Assembly (NCBI RefSeq): GCF_040938485.1
Contig: NW_027270999.1
Coordinates: 1,488,001-1,552,000, forward strand
DNA: 64,000 nt
Direction: 5' to 3'
From: Diadema antillarum
Taxonomy: Eukaryota
Position numbers and translations under genes: made by a program. Below are positions 24,046 through 39,300 of the stretch, piece after piece. Numbering within the stretch: the stretch's first letter is position 1; each line of letters begins with the position of its first letter. The notes beneath the pieces are model-generated. The model did no database searches and was not told where the DNA came from. It saw only the letters and a program-made list of their open reading frames with translations.

Positions 24046-27000
24046 TATTGTACAAGTACATGTATACGAAGGGTCATTCCTCTGTGGCATGGGAAAGTTT
24101 TCGTATACTACTGTGGTAATAAAGAATCACTCTTTTTAAAAAAATAGATAATACATAGTTTAAATGGAACTGGTGTTTGCATGAAAATGTCACAATCTTT
24201 AGGTGGAAAAAAAAAGAAATAGTAAATGTGTAAATGTATGTATGCATATATTCAAGGAGCCCAAAAATTTGTGTACCAAAAATAAACTTGGTACTGTAGG
24301 GACAGCAGTTCTGTTTTCATATACAGGTGTAATCTTAATTACAATGTACACTGTATATAAATACACATGATTGTATATACAGTATTATGCATATATATGA
24401 TAATGATTATATATATGTCATATATGTATGATGCTATTTCAAACCATAAGGGGAAATGCAGAATAGATGATAGTTTGAGGGAATTTTCAAAAAAAAAAAG
24501 CATGATAATATTCAGAAAAAATGTAAATATTGTCCTTTTTGAAGAATTATGCATTTTTGCTCAATGAAGCATTAAATCAAGAGCACAACATGCATCTTAT
24601 ACCACTAATTTTTTGTATTCATGTTCTATATTCCACATTTCATACAAATTTTATATTCCATTTGATTTTAGAAAATGAAATGTTTTTAACACAACAGAAA
24701 GTTTGAAATAAAACTGCACAAATGTATGAGGACATAATTGATGTGTTATATATTACAGTATGTATAGAATAAACATATTATGTATGTTAATGAGAAGATA
24801 CAACTTTTTTTGAGAGAAAAAGGAGATATACACTGTACCTGCATTTTCCCATGACCCGTTTTCTATGCTCATCGGATATATACACCCATTTTTTAAATAT
24901 TTTTTTTTGCATCGCTGACAATCTCCTTTAAATTGTATTGATGGTACAGTTCTTAATTCACACACACTATGCCATCTGTGTCCGAACTATGGAGTAGTCC
25001 TGAGGCCCCAGATCAGTGATAAGGCAATGAAAAACATTGTCAAGACCTTAAGGGGTACCAAAAATTTCCCCTTTGGAGCGAATTTCCCGTAAGATACCTC
25101 ATTTTCATACGTACAGTATGTTCGTCCTATGGACCGTTTTATATGTACTACTGTATACACTCGGCAAAAAAGAGAGAAAGTAAACGCTTTTTTCCAGTTC
25201 ATATTTACGTAGATTTTCATAAAAATCATTGTATCATAAGTATACCATATTAAAGGTTATTTAATTGGCTATCAACCTGGTAGGTTTATACAAAGGGAAA
25301 TTTTATGCATGAGTGAACACAATCGTTTTTGTCCTCCCAAGGCACAAAAATGAAAATTGCAGAACTTCATATCAAAATTTATTATGCAAATGCCCTTCAA
25401 GATAACAATGATAACAAAAGACTTACACAATGAGAGACATGAATGAAATAGTAGAAACAAGTTTAGTTTTCATTCTCTTGTTTCTCTTTATATTCTCAAA
25501 CAAAACAAAATGGGGAAACTGAAGGGGGAACATGGGAATTTTCTTTCAACTCAAGTTTAAATGACATACATAGGGAGTAAGCCACAAAGGTGATAAAATA
25601 GACAGAAGATACATTCATTTCCTTTATTGATTAAGGAATTTAAGAACATTCATAAGACATATTCAAGAAGCAAATATTATTTTAAATTTCCTTAATTTGG
25701 AATAACAGTTCAAATTTCTACCATCTTTCTTACCATCTCTTCTTCTCTTATGCATTTTGAATATGGATTTGACGGAAGATTCTTCATTTTCCTCCATTAT
25801 TTTTTTTGCCTTTCTTAATCTTTGGAGGGTTACAGAGATAACATCAAGATCATAGGTTGATTTTTGTAAATTTGTATTTCTTATCGTGTTGAAGCTGTCT
25901 TTTGTTTCATTGTTATATTGAAGAGCACATTCGCTTGAATAACAATTTTTCCAATTTTTCCAATTTTTACTTGTGTGCCTTGGAAGAGAAAAAACGAATG
26001 TGTTCACTCATGCATAAAGTTTTCCTTTTTATTGACCCATTAGGTCGATAGCCAAATAGAATTTTCTTAAACATGGTATGTAAAACACTAATATTAGCCA
26101 AATAATCTAAAAATGAGAAAGATGAAGTTGAAAAAGCATTTACTTGCTTTTTTCCTGAGTGTACTAATATAAAATGTATAATACATGTAAGTGTGTATGT
26201 GTACTTGTATACAGTACATAATATGTGGCCCAAGGCATTTCTAGCTTCAAGTGTATAAGTGCAAAGTACTGCCAACACTCTTCGTCTGACTGGAAAATAG
26301 TGACAGTTACTTGTAATAATAACAACAGAGCTCAAAGCTTAAATGTGATGTTGTATAAGTAACTTTATGACTGCAAGAATTCAGCTGAATTCAGATACAT
26401 TCACTCTAACCAGATCAATCACAAAATACAGGGGTACATTCACATGCAACATAATTATAGGCAACTGTGATTCGATAAAGAGGGCATGTCCTGAGAAGAA
26501 TGAGGTAAAATAGAATAGACAATAATCATGATCATTGGTGCTTTTCTACCAAATGTGCAGTTAAGCCACCAAACTTTCAAAAAGCAAATGAAGAGTTTGT
26601 TTGCAAAAACCGATAAGTCCATATTTGCCAAATGGAGATATTTGCGATTAAAGGTTAAAAAAAATAAGAAAAAATAAGAACAATTTTGCTTCTTTTGACC
26701 ATAACTTCAAAGAGGTACCAGTACATGTAATGGCCAATATATCATTTAAAAGGTATTATTTTGTACTCTATGAGAGAGACCGTACTTCAAAATCTTCAAA
26801 AATGGACTTATCGGTTTTTGCGAACAAACTCTCAATCTTTGGGTTGCCTGATCGGGCTAAGATTTGAAAATAGATTGTCATGTTTCCTTTTTATAAAGTG
26901 TCACTAGGCTTTCTTTTTTTAGCCACCAACATTTCAAATTCAATGATTTTAAACAAAGAAAAAAAAAACCTTAAGAAAAAGATACTTGATGCCATTTTCC

Positions 27001-27302
27001 TTTTTTAATGTAGGTATAAAATCGGCATACCTGGTACTAAAAGTGTGGATATTCATTATTAACATTTTTAGTACAATGTACTTGATTTTGCACCAATTCA
27101 TTGTTCTTCATTGATAACAGATGAAGAATGAATGAACTTTAAATAAAAAAAAAACATAAAGATTAGCATATTGATTGACTATTGATGACGATTCCTACAA
27201 CTCTATTTAGCACCCGTTTGACTTAGCAATAAAATGATACTCGCGATCTCCACGGCGGCATCACTAGTTGTGACGAGCCCCCAACTAGCACATCTAGGGA
27301 AG

Positions 27303-30300
27303 ATGGCGAGCTACATGCGATTCGTGAGACCTAGGAACTTGTTGAACTTTGAACTTGTTTCTTCGGGTTTTCAGGTAATTACACTTATCGACCAGCTTTC
27401 ATTGAAGAATGTGAGAGGTGTGGTAGAAGCAAGAGTGTGTTTAGTAAAGTCATGTTAGATTAAACTCGCCTTCATCATGCACTTTGTATTTCGGGTATAT
27501 ACCTCTGAGTCTTGTGTCTGCCTACGTAGACACTCGTGCCAATGCCCGCTGCCCTATAACGTACATCAGACATCACGTGTAAAACAATAATGCATGCTCG
27601 ACTCGTCGCCACACCAGCCGGCCGGCCGGTCAAATCATAAACTGTGTAACAGTACCAGTAAAACTTTAGTACAATTTGTACTAAGTCGTTAGTGTTGTGG
27701 CAAAATCATGAAATAGGCCCCACTGCAGTGCGCGTGCACGCGTGCATTAGCAAGCAAGGTTAGGTTTAGGGTTAGGTAGTAGCCTTGGTAGGGTTGTTGT
27801 ATTTGTGGTTATTGGCCCTTTAATAAATTAGTCGAGGGATATTACTAGTATTAGGAAGTCCTTCCGTGACTTGAAGACCAAAGAAAAAACAGGAGAAAGG
27901 GAGGACGAAAGATGTTATGCTGTGGAAATCACCCCCACGGCTGTATCAATCTCGCGTGAACGCCGTTTGATGGGGCTGCATTCACGAGTATAAATATACT
28001 GTGGAAGAAAGCCCCATCGCGCATTGGCATCGCCGTGCTTATTTGCCGATGAAGATGAACACCACACGGTGGGGCTCAATTCAAGAGTGTAAACAGGCGA
28101 GCCGCCGTAGTATTGGTACGGACACGCAGTGGTGGGGCCTATTTCACGAGTATGCCAGTGTTGTAGCTGGTACAGGTAATTTATTTACCATGGATGGTAG
28201 CTGTTGTATTATAATATCTGGCTGTACAGGAAGCCTAGGTTTGGGCTTTGCTTGTGCTGCGCTACTTGCTCGGGAGCTCAGGTCCAGGGAAGAGGAAGAA
28301 AAAGAGAGTTGTGTTTCATTTTCTGATTTTCTTTCCCTCTACCTTGTCTAACGTTACTGCGTACTGCCAACTGAACTGACTCTAACATTACATTAGAACA
28401 ATTGATAAATTTACTAACAGTATAACACTAGTAACAGTTATGTATCCTACTCCTCCAACTGTTTCCCATTAGACTCTTACTAGTCGTAGCGGTTAGAGCA
28501 TTCTTGTTTTTTTGTAATGAAAGAAGGAAGCTTAATTCAACATATTTGTTTTTCTGTGTTTGCATTTGTAAACACCTGCTAATGCCAATACTGACTGAAT
28601 TTACTGTCTACGCCATATATTTCGCGAGTCTACTCTAAATTTTCGCGAATCGGGACTTCCTGACAATTTCGCGAGTGGTGAAATTCGCGATCGTGGAGTC
28701 TTGTGCTGAACGGAGAAATGTATATGCGTACGTCACATTCATATTGGCATTAGAGTCAATATTTTCGCGTGTTTTTAATTTCACGAATAGCAGCTGACTG
28801 GTGAAATTCGCAAAAATAAAAACCTTGTGAAATATTCGGCATATACAGTAAATGGCAGTGCCATTAATTCAGGACCTCCGCCAAGGAAGGAGGGTAAGAG
28901 GTTCATGTCTTCATCAGTGTTGGCTAGTTTGTTTATCTGTTTGCAAAATAACTCAAAAAGTTGTGAACAGATTTTCAGCAGATTTAGTGTCAATAAACCT
29001 GGGAGCTATTTTGCACACAGACAGACAAACAAAAAACAAATGCTGATGAAAGCATAACCTCCTTCCTTTGGGCGGAGGTAAGGATTTGAGGTCAGACTTT
29101 TCTATTTCGCATAGTATCTACGATGTAGTTTAAGTTGACTTTAAAATAGAGTCAAATGAGGAAAAAAAAAAGAAGAAAAATTGTGGTAGAAAGTTTCATC
29201 AGAATGGGAGATCATGGAAGAACAAGTTACCTGACCAGAGATTAACGTAGGGTTTTGTTTTTATTTATTTTTGTCCCCGCCGAACGAGTTCGAGCAGGGG
29301 ACTATGAAACGGGCTCCGTACGTGTGTGTGTCCGTGTGTCTGTGTGTCCGTCCGTGTGTTCGTCCGTCCGTCCGTCCGTCCGTGTGTGCGTCCGTGTGTG
29401 ATCAAAATGTTCAAAATGCTACTCCTTCGCCATTTCTAACCCGATTTTGATTCTGTTTGCTTTATATGATAGCACTACATGGGAGCTTTGAAACTTCTAT
29501 AAAGAATTTCAGTTGTGACCTTTGACCTTGACCTTTGACCTATATTGTACATTTTGCTTCAAAATGCTACTGCTTCGCCATTTCTAACCCGATTTTGATT
29601 CCGTTTGCTTTATATGATGGCACTAGGTGAGGGCTTCAAAACTTCTACACAGAATTTTGACCTTTGCCTTCTTTGACCTTTGACCTTGATTTTTGACCTA
29701 TATTGTACATTGCCTACAAAATGCTGCTCCTTCGCCATTTCTAACCCGATTTTGATTCCGTTTGCTTAATGTGATGGCACTAGGTGAGGGCTTCAAAACT
29801 TCTACACAGAATTTTGACCTTTGACTTCTTTGACCTTTGACCTTGATTTTTGACCTGTATTGTACATTTTGCTACCAAATGCTACTCCTTCGCCATTTCT
29901 AACCGATTTCGATTCCGTTTGCTTTATGTGATGGCACTAGGTGAGGGCTTCAAAACTTCTACACAGAATTTTGACCTTTGACTTCTTTGACCTTTGACCT
30001 TGATTTTTTTACCTATATTGTACATTGGCTACAAAATGCTACTCCTTCGCCATTTCTAACCCGATTTCGATTCCGTTTGCGTTATGTGATGGCACTAGGT
30101 GAGGGCTTCAAAACTTCTACATAGAATTTTGACCTTTGACTTCTTTGACCTCTGACCTTCATCTTTTTACCTATATTGTACATTTTGCTACTAAATGCTA
30201 CTTCCGGCGGGGACATATATTACGCACCGCGTAATTTCTACTTTTCCTTGTTTTACATTTATTTTTGTACCAGACAGTGATGTATCATGTTGTTGCAACC

Positions 30301-33300
30301 TCTTTATTATGTTCATATTGAATGAGGCATGAGGTGATACAATGACATCAATACCCTCATATAAGTCATATGCCTCACAATCCTTCACGAAAATTATGTC
30401 TTTGGTTGTGATAATGTAGCAAGTACAGCTTGTGTCTCCTTTAAACACTCCAATGGTTGCAGTAAATTGTATAGCACTTAAATAATTTTATGTGAAGGAC
30501 ACAGTCTTTCTAATTTCACAGCAGAAAGGAAATGAAGATTTGTGTGTACATCAGGAGGAGACTTATGAGGCAGTGACATCATTGGTGACATCATCATCTC
30601 ATCTCATTTACATACAGTATGTGGTAGTGGCCAACATCAACGTCTTGTGGAAGAATGAAATGTCAAAATTCTATGCCTCTCGTTGATTCCATATCTGATT
30701 TTATTCAAATCTCTAGCAATAGCATTCTATTCTCTTGATTTGTATCAAAATCAAATGAGTATAGAAAGGTACTACTCTGTACTTTCTATCTGATATGACT
30801 TCTGACTTGCCCAGATAAATGGACAATGCAATGCTGAGGCATGCAGCTGTATAGTGTGTTCAGTACATTTCCAATTGAGGATGATCGTATTCATTTATGT
30901 TTCCAACATCACAGAGATCGCTGAGGTGCCCGGCATCTTCTGTCTACCTGAGCCGCCAGTGCCATAGGGGGCAGAGCAGTGGACCCAATGTTGGCCCAAG
31001 TGTACATCTCAAGGGCAGTCTGTCTACAAGACCCCTGAAGCTTCATTCTCACTTTAGAGGTGTTCGCCTTGTTTCAACATCACCTAGTGAGTAAAGTGTA
31101 CTTGCAAATCATTTGTTTGTTAGTTTGTTTGTTTTTTTACTCTTTTATTAATTTATTAATGTATTCATTCATTCATTATCTCTTTATCTATATTACTATC
31201 TATTCATTCATTAATTTATTTCAGATTTAGTGGAAGTGCCGATAATTCTGTGCAGAATTTGTGCAGAGCCAATGTGGCCCAGTGGATAAGACTATAGACT
31301 CTTAGCCATGAGGTCGCTGGTTCAAGTTCTCTGGAAGCAGCCGTTGTGTCTCTTAGGAAGGGCATTTAATCCTCATTGAATAGTCCTTTGGAGGAGGCAT
31401 TAGCCATCACGATCAGCCCCATAGCAGCTTGCTAGTAATCATTAAAGATCTTCTCTAGTGGCTATGTAAAACAAGTTCAAACCCACATTTCTACATTGAA
31501 GGCTCAAATGCCACCCCTCTTGTTGTTCGTTAAAGAGTTACTTCTTTTGTTAACATTTGGAATGAGTAACATGTGATGCATGCCTCGGGTCTTATCAAAA
31601 TTGCTTTTCCTCTTGTAATGATGAAACAAAGTATTCCTTTGATTTTCATTCATATTGTTATTAAACAGCTGATGGTTACTTTTGAAGGCAAGAATGATGC
31701 ATTTTGCATTTGCATTTGTGTTTACATTGGGACCATGAACAAAATACAGTGATGCTCTTATACTACACACATCTTGAGAAACCAGACTTGCCTGCTGTGA
31801 TGAAAACTGTGTATGAAATTGTTGTTTTTTTTTCTCAAAATGTGACATGTTGCATACACATTGCATTTTTGTGTCTCCTCAGATCTACATGGTGAGCTTG
31901 TACAATTCAAGTTGTCTGATATTGGAGAAGGTATCGCGGAAGTTGTAGTAAAAGAATGGTAAGTTTCATTAAAAAATATTGATTGCTAGACAATATACAT
32001 CTTTTATGTTTGCTCTGTCAATAAATGGCATCAATGCATCTTTGCAACCAGAACAAGTCAAAGCGATATCAGAGATCATCAAAATGTAGAGGGATAGCTT
32101 AAATGCAGTATTCTTCTCAGGCAAGCTGTTCCAATATCAACAAAATATGAGCTGAATATGGCATTTGTTATCAAGAAAGTATTTAATTTTTTTTTTTTAT
32201 AGCACGAACTCTCTATTTTAGAACTGGAAAATGTAAGTATTCCTTGAATATTCATTTTCATGTTCTACAGTCCCTGTATTAAAGATGAAATGATATTCAG
32301 CTGTACTTCAAGTAGATATGTCATCGGTAACAGCATGCTAATTTTGTGATAAACTGATGCACAAGCTGTCTGTAAAACATCTGCTGTAGTAAAAGCCTGC
32401 ATCTGTCGTGAGACTCTTATAAGTTATTTGTTTGGTTTATGCTATTGGAACTTACTGCGGTCCGGAAGGCATACTGTATTTCACATTTGCTCAGTGCTGT
32501 TCATATATCCTTGCTCTTCTGCCTGCCAGGTACGTCTCAGAAGGGGACTCAGTGGCCCAGTTTGACAGTATCTGTGAAGTGCAGAGTGACAAGGCATCCG
32601 TCACAATCACTAGTCGCTATGATGGGGTGGTCAAGAAAATATACTACGAGTTGGAAGACACTGCGAAAGTTGGACTGCCATTAGTTGACATCGAGCTTGA
32701 CGGAGGTATTTGTTTCTTCTGTTCTATGATAATCCCAACATTGATGCCTGAACACTGTGTATCCACATGTTGGACTCTACGCTCTATATCCTTGATACAG
32801 TGTAGACAAGAGTTTTCAAATTTCAGGATTGTAGTGTGATTATCATTTTGGGTGGTAACTGAGGAGTCAAGGGAAACAAATGAAGGAATGTTCTTTATAG
32901 AATAATACTGACAGAGACAACATATTTTCTTATTATGTTCTATTAGAATTGAGCATTTGCTATCTACTGGGTGATTTCAAGTTCGTTGCTAGTGGTAGTG
33001 GTAGTGGTAGTGGTAGCTCCCAAATATCAGCGTTAAATCAATCTCCAACACCGACGGTCAGATTAACGAGGGGATACTGATCATAATTATCGATCACCAG
33101 CACTAAGTGTTTGAATCACAGCACCGCGAGCTCCGCGGGAATTGCGCGACGAAAAAAGTGATGGCGCGTGATTACAGTCAAATATTAAAAGATGTAACCA
33201 AAACTGCTTAATTTAAGACACATAGTGAGGAAGACAGATTAAGATGCCACAAATTTCATCCATCCCTCAAAATACAACTATCTTAATTTTGCTCCCGGGC

Positions 33301-36300
33301 TCAAATTTATATAGCTATGTCTAGAGTGTTTGTGTTCTTTACATGGGCGACCACTGCATTAGCATAGACTTTGCACGTAAAACGTGCATCTATTATGGAA
33401 GTGAATACGGGTCTCGCACGGCGACACTAACACCAGCACCGAACTTGAAATGAAGAAAATGATAATCCCTAGGGGCTAGTGATAGTTAACAGTGAAAAGG
33501 CACGTAAATCGCCAACACAAACGGCTGATAATGATTTATTTTAGCCTGATTATGCTTTAAAAAGTTTCTGTGACAAATTTTAATGAAAAAAACAACAAAA
33601 ACAAAAAGCAAATAACAAAGAAATACGTAAGAAATTCAATAAACGAAATAATTATGAAGCCCAATTTTTGTGTCAATATTATTGTTGAGGATATTGAAAA
33701 GAATATGTTCACCAAAAATTAGAAGTCTTGGACCACTATTTTTTGATTCATAGGCAAAAAGATAATATTTTTGCATAAATTAGCACACATTAATTAATAT
33801 GAAATACATAAATTAAAATTTGAAAAATCTAACTATGTAGTCTTGGAGATTACATTTGCCTCTACCTTAGTGCAAATTTTCGCGAGGATCGTGCGATCCA
33901 CGACTTAGATCTAAAGGGGGGGGGGGCAAAGGCCCCCCCCCCCTTTAGATCTTGGTCCCCCCCCCAGTGGTTTCAAGTCTATCAAAAACCCCAGTGGGAT
34001 TAGGGTTAAAAATATGTGTTTTGTCTTATTTTCTTACTGGGACAGATGCCACAGCTAGCCATGAGGACAACGTGTCAGGCGAGACAGTTGAGGAATCTTC
34101 CAGCGACTCCAGCGAAAGTGATGGGGAAGTTATGAGAGTGTCAGAGGTCACGGGCGGAGGACGAATACCCAGCACCCCAGCTGTGAAGCGCCTAGCCATG
34201 CAGCACAAGGTACTGTATACACCATGTATTTCGGTGGGTTTTTATTTTCACGAATTTTGTGAGTTGGGTGCTTTTCCCCAGTGTAGCAGAATGTGATAAT
34301 ATATACCAGGACTCCACACTAACTTTTTTTTTTGGTGGCCCGATGGGGCCACCAAAATCATCAATTTCAAATTTTTGGTGGCCCGAGAGAAAAATTTGGT
34401 GGCCCGAAAAAAAAACCCAATAAAAAGAATTAAAAGTCCTGTGTTTTTTTTATTTGAATGGGTAAAATATTTAAGCTTTATCATAGTAAGAATTGGAAGC
34501 TGGACATATCTACTCATAAATAAACCTCAACAAACTCGCAACACTCACTCTCAGGCACTCATTCAGTCCTTTCCATCCATCCTTTAAAGAAATTTAACTG
34601 CTAATTTCCGGCGCAAAAAGTTACGAATTTATTGACATGCTTTTCAAAAAATTTTGGTGGCCCAGGGCGAGCCACCAAATTTGCCCTTTTTTTAAATTTG
34701 GTGGCCCGACTTTCATTTTTGGTGGCCCTGGGCCACCGGGCCACCATTAGTGTCGAGCCCTGTATATACTCTGATCCCACCATGAATGCATCGGCTAGGC
34801 ATACAGTCTTCTGCTCATTACTCTGTACCACAATCTGGAATTTAACCACTTGTGAAATTGTTGGGGATTTGCACTTTGAGAAAAATTTAACTCCGCTGAA
34901 TATATGGTGTGTGTATTATGTCTCAGGCAGGGAGATTCTGCCAGTAATGAGAAAAGAAAGGAGAAGTCATTGTCAGCAAATCGATAGAGATAGTAAGCAA
35001 TCCCTTTAATTAATTCCCCCCCCCCCCCCCCCGAAAAAAAAACACAAACAGCAACAACCAACAAATAACCCAAATTCTGAAAAAAACAACAACAAATAAA
35101 CAACAATCTGCAAATCAAACAAACAAACAAAATCTGAGTCAGGGAGGAGGGAAACATCAACTTGTCTTAAACCATATTCAGCCATTGAGGACGGGCTGAT
35201 TTTGCTACAACATGCATTTCCCATCCATAGACCCCTGCCCTAGTATACTCGGGACCCGTCCTCAACGGGTTAAGGATTATGCAGAATGTAATGTTGCATC
35301 TAAGAATTTGCCTTCCATGTCAAAAATGCATTTTGTATATTTTGTACAATGCTATCTCCTTTCCCTGTTCTTAGCCAAATATTCATAAAATCACGAGGAA
35401 TCTCATCAAGAGAAAATTTGGTGTTTAGATGACGATACAGTAGCAGGATGTTGCAAACGCAAGAGTTGGTGATGCATGACCGTAGTTATCTAGCTGCTCT
35501 TTAGGTTTTCACAAATTACACAGCTCATACAACCGGTGTATGGTACCATTCATTTCTGTTTTCAGAGAATATTTGAATCAAAAGGATCTCTCTCTTGTTT
35601 CTACATCTCAAGTGTATCACTTTCCATATGTTAGATTTTTCAATGTTTAGCGTTGTTTTCATCATAATGTCGGTGTATGTTTTATGCTCTTGTCTTGCTA
35701 CTGACAGATAAATCTGGCTGATGTGCAGGGAACGGGCAAAGATGGCCGCATTCTGAAGGGGGATGTGCTGCAGCATATAGAGCAACTCAAATCTGGACTC
35801 CCACAGTGGAAGCGAAGTGAGTATTTACCCTAACTAGGCCGTGCTATTTAGGTAGATGATAGAGCCGGGGGGGCAGCCCCCATCCAGATCTCGGCTGTTG
35901 ACCGCACGATCGTGACGAAAATTTGCACACACCTATGACGCATTCTAAAGTACCATGAAGATAATAAAAAAAATAAATAAATCATCATTTATGCCTAATT
36001 ATGCTAATTTATGCATAATGATGCATGAAATCAGACAATTTGGTATAAATCACTAAATAAAGCTCAAAACAGGCACATTTTTTGTGTAAATATCCTTTTT
36101 AGTGTCCTTAGCAAATGTAAGAGAAAAAAATTGTGCCATCAGAAAAAAAATCTTAAGTATTTTATTGTTTTTTTAATTTCTTATGTATTTCTTTGTTTTT
36201 TCGACTTTCTATTTGTCATTGTGTTTTTGATGAAATTTGTCCACGACATTGTTCCAAACAAGAAAATATGTTTTTAATTGATTTTAATCAATGAAACCCC

Positions 36301-39300
36301 CAAATAATCATGCTTTTATGAAATTTGCTTGTAAGCACAGTTTGCAATGAAATTGTACACGAATTCACGTTTTTGAGCAATTTTTGGTCTGACATGCACG
36401 TACATATTTATGCGCAACTTCTAAACCACATGCCCAGGGCTTGCAAATTTGGTGTCAAAAGATGCGGGAGATGCGAAAGAAAAAAGTCATTAAATGTTGC
36501 GGCGATAGCTTTTCGCTATAGCGATACATCGCGCGGAACGTTGAGGGGGGGGGGCCTTGGAGCCCCCCCCCCCGGTCTAGTTAGGGTTAAGTAACTTCGA
36601 TGATCATTATTGTGACCCTGCATCACAAAACCAACAAAAGGTCGCCAGACATGGATTTTTTTTAAATTTCAGAGCAGATTCTGAAAGAGGAGACTTTAAG
36701 CTTTAAAATGATGGACAGTCAACCTCGCCTAATTCAAATCTACATTGTATTTGGACTAAAGAAATAGCTTCGACTTAGAGAAAATTCAACTTATAAGCGA
36801 TTAAAATCAATAGAATATAAAGAGAAAAGAACTTGAAAAGAGCTTCGACTTAGGTGATTATTAGACTTATGCGAGGTCGACTTAAGCAAGGTCGACTGTA
36901 TAACTCAATTCAAATGGACTCTTCTAACCTATCTAATATTGGAATGAAAGCACTCATGTTGGAAAAGTGTGAACTGAAAAAAAGAGGTTTTGAAGTATCT
37001 GTTCTATTCAAGCGCTTCATCTTACCTAGCTGTGCTTTGTGCAATGAACGGGACTAAAAACAGGATGTAAAATGCCACAGCAACATCAAGGAAGGGATTA
37101 TCAGATTAAGCTGAAATTGATCTTGCTCTATTAACACATTCTATCCATGACAAATACCAGCTTTTAAAGCAGTAGTAGCATCATCATTTCAAAAGTTATT
37201 AGAGTTGAAAGTAATGAGTGTTTAAAGGTCCAGTTTAACTTTGGGAGCAGTGATTTCAAAAATGTTCAAGATATCACATTTGATGCATATGTGTAGGTCT
37301 GTTGTATCACAAAACATCCTACCATATAAAATTTTTGCAATACAGCCTAAAATATGAGGAGATATCAGCATTTTTCTCAATAAACCATAACTGTATACGG
37401 TTTAGTCTGGAAGCATTCTTATTATAACTATTGTTCACATTTTGTGTATTCAACAACACTTAACATCGATTATACGGATTCAAATTTTTACAGTGGTTCT
37501 TTCTATTCCTAACTCACATTTTAGAACTATTTTAAAGCACTAATGTTGGGTTTTTGCTTCATCTGCAAATGGTAAATTATGCCTTTAAAGGGTTCTCAAG
37601 AAATGAAGAGGAGACTCTAAGACACACCTAATCAAATTATTCAGTAAAAAAAAAAGTTCTAGAAAAGCTGCTAAAAACACAATTTCCTATTTGTCTAATT
37701 ATCCCAAACTTTCAAATAATGTAAAAGAAGAATTGCTCTTTCAGAAAATATGACAAACTAAAGATTGACTATGTTGACCCATTTCACCTATTTTGAGTCC
37801 TCACACAAAATCATTGTGTGCGACCTTTTTGTTGGTTTTGTGAAGCACGGTCACAATTGCTTGGGTGTGATATTCACTGACTAATCTTCAAAGGGAATGC
37901 TATTTGATATTGGTTCGCACAATCACATCTGAATGAATATTTGTGACCCTGCACCTCAAAACAAACAAAACGTCGCCAGACATGAATTTTTAGTTAAGAC
38001 CATATTCTGAGAGAGCAGACTTTAAGCTTTAAAATGATGTATAACTCAATCAAATGGACTCTCCTAACCTATCTAAATATTGGAAAGAAAGCACAAACTC
38101 AGGAAAAGTGTGAACTGAGAAAAGAGGCTCTGAAGTACAGTGTCTATTCAAGCGCTTAATCTTTACCAAACCGTGCTGGCTGTGCGATGAATGGGACAAA
38201 AAACAGGAAGTAAACCACCAGAGTAACAACAATGAAGGGATTATCAGATTAAACTGAAATTAAGCATGCCTCATTAACACATTCTGTCCATAATTAATGC
38301 CAACTTTCAAAGCAGTAGCATCATTCTTTCAAAAGTTATTAGAGTTGAAAATGAAGAGTGTGGACAAGGTTTTTCCAGAAATGAAAAAGGAATTCTAAAG
38401 ACACATCTAATCACACTATTCTACCAAAAATGTTCGAGATAAACTGCTAAAAAAACACACTTTCCTGCCCGTTTTATCATGCCAAATTTTAGCATAATGT
38501 AAAAGAAGACCCGCTCTTTCAGAAAACATGAAAAAGTCAAGTTCGGCAAGGTTGACCTATTTCACTTATTTTCAGTCCTAACGCAAAATCAGTGTGTGCG
38601 ACTTTATGTTCGTTTTGAGGTGCACGGTCACATTTCTTCCACTACGCCAATAGAACAAGTTGTACAAATATACTTAAATCACAATCCTATAGTTACTCTG
38701 TATGGATAGAAGGTTAATATATATTCCATTACAATACTGTTGTACATTTTAACTAATCAAATGTGTTCCAAAGAACAGTATCTTTTCAGTAATTTCTTCC
38801 TTCCTTAATGCAGTGTAAGCATAAATGAGATTGGTTCAAAAGAATTGTAATTCCAAGAAACCAAAGGGATGACAGTACCTCTTTGGAAAGAAAAAAGAAA
38901 TTTAATTTATCTGGAATTTAATGGGTATTTTTTTGTTCAAGATCCCATATTTGCCGTGTTGGTATTTCTTTACCTGTTTTAGTCTTCAGATCCCCAATCT
39001 TGGGCAGTATGCTGTTGATTTTTAGTTTTTCTATGCTTTCAGAAACCTACGATTGTTTCGTCTAAATATCAGTCTTACGTCCTTTGGTAATTATCAAAAG
39101 TTTTTAAATCTTATGTATGATCCCATAAGAGTGTTTAAGAGGTCGGATTGTATGTGACTGCATCATCATCTATGAGTCAACAATGGCAATGAAGACGTAT
39201 CTAATCAGATATAGGACTGAATGATGTACTCTCCTTGAATCAAATCTCTTGCCTTTCCATTACATTGTACTATCCTTCAGCTCCAGAAGAATTGGAACCA

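Noticed and set aside
25663-26007. 114-aa Lys-rich ORF with possible splice signals
   Set aside because: Very AT-rich, unlike the GC-balanced true exons; no recognisable motif; cannot be linked in frame to other exons.
29410-30200. Regularly spaced repeats resembling a CRISPR array
   Set aside because: Contiguous ~157-bp tandem units without unique spacers, inside a eukaryotic transposon; no cas genes.
31268-31345. tRNA gene
   Set aside because: A and B boxes present, but no complete cloverleaf and it continues into a SINE core-like sequence.
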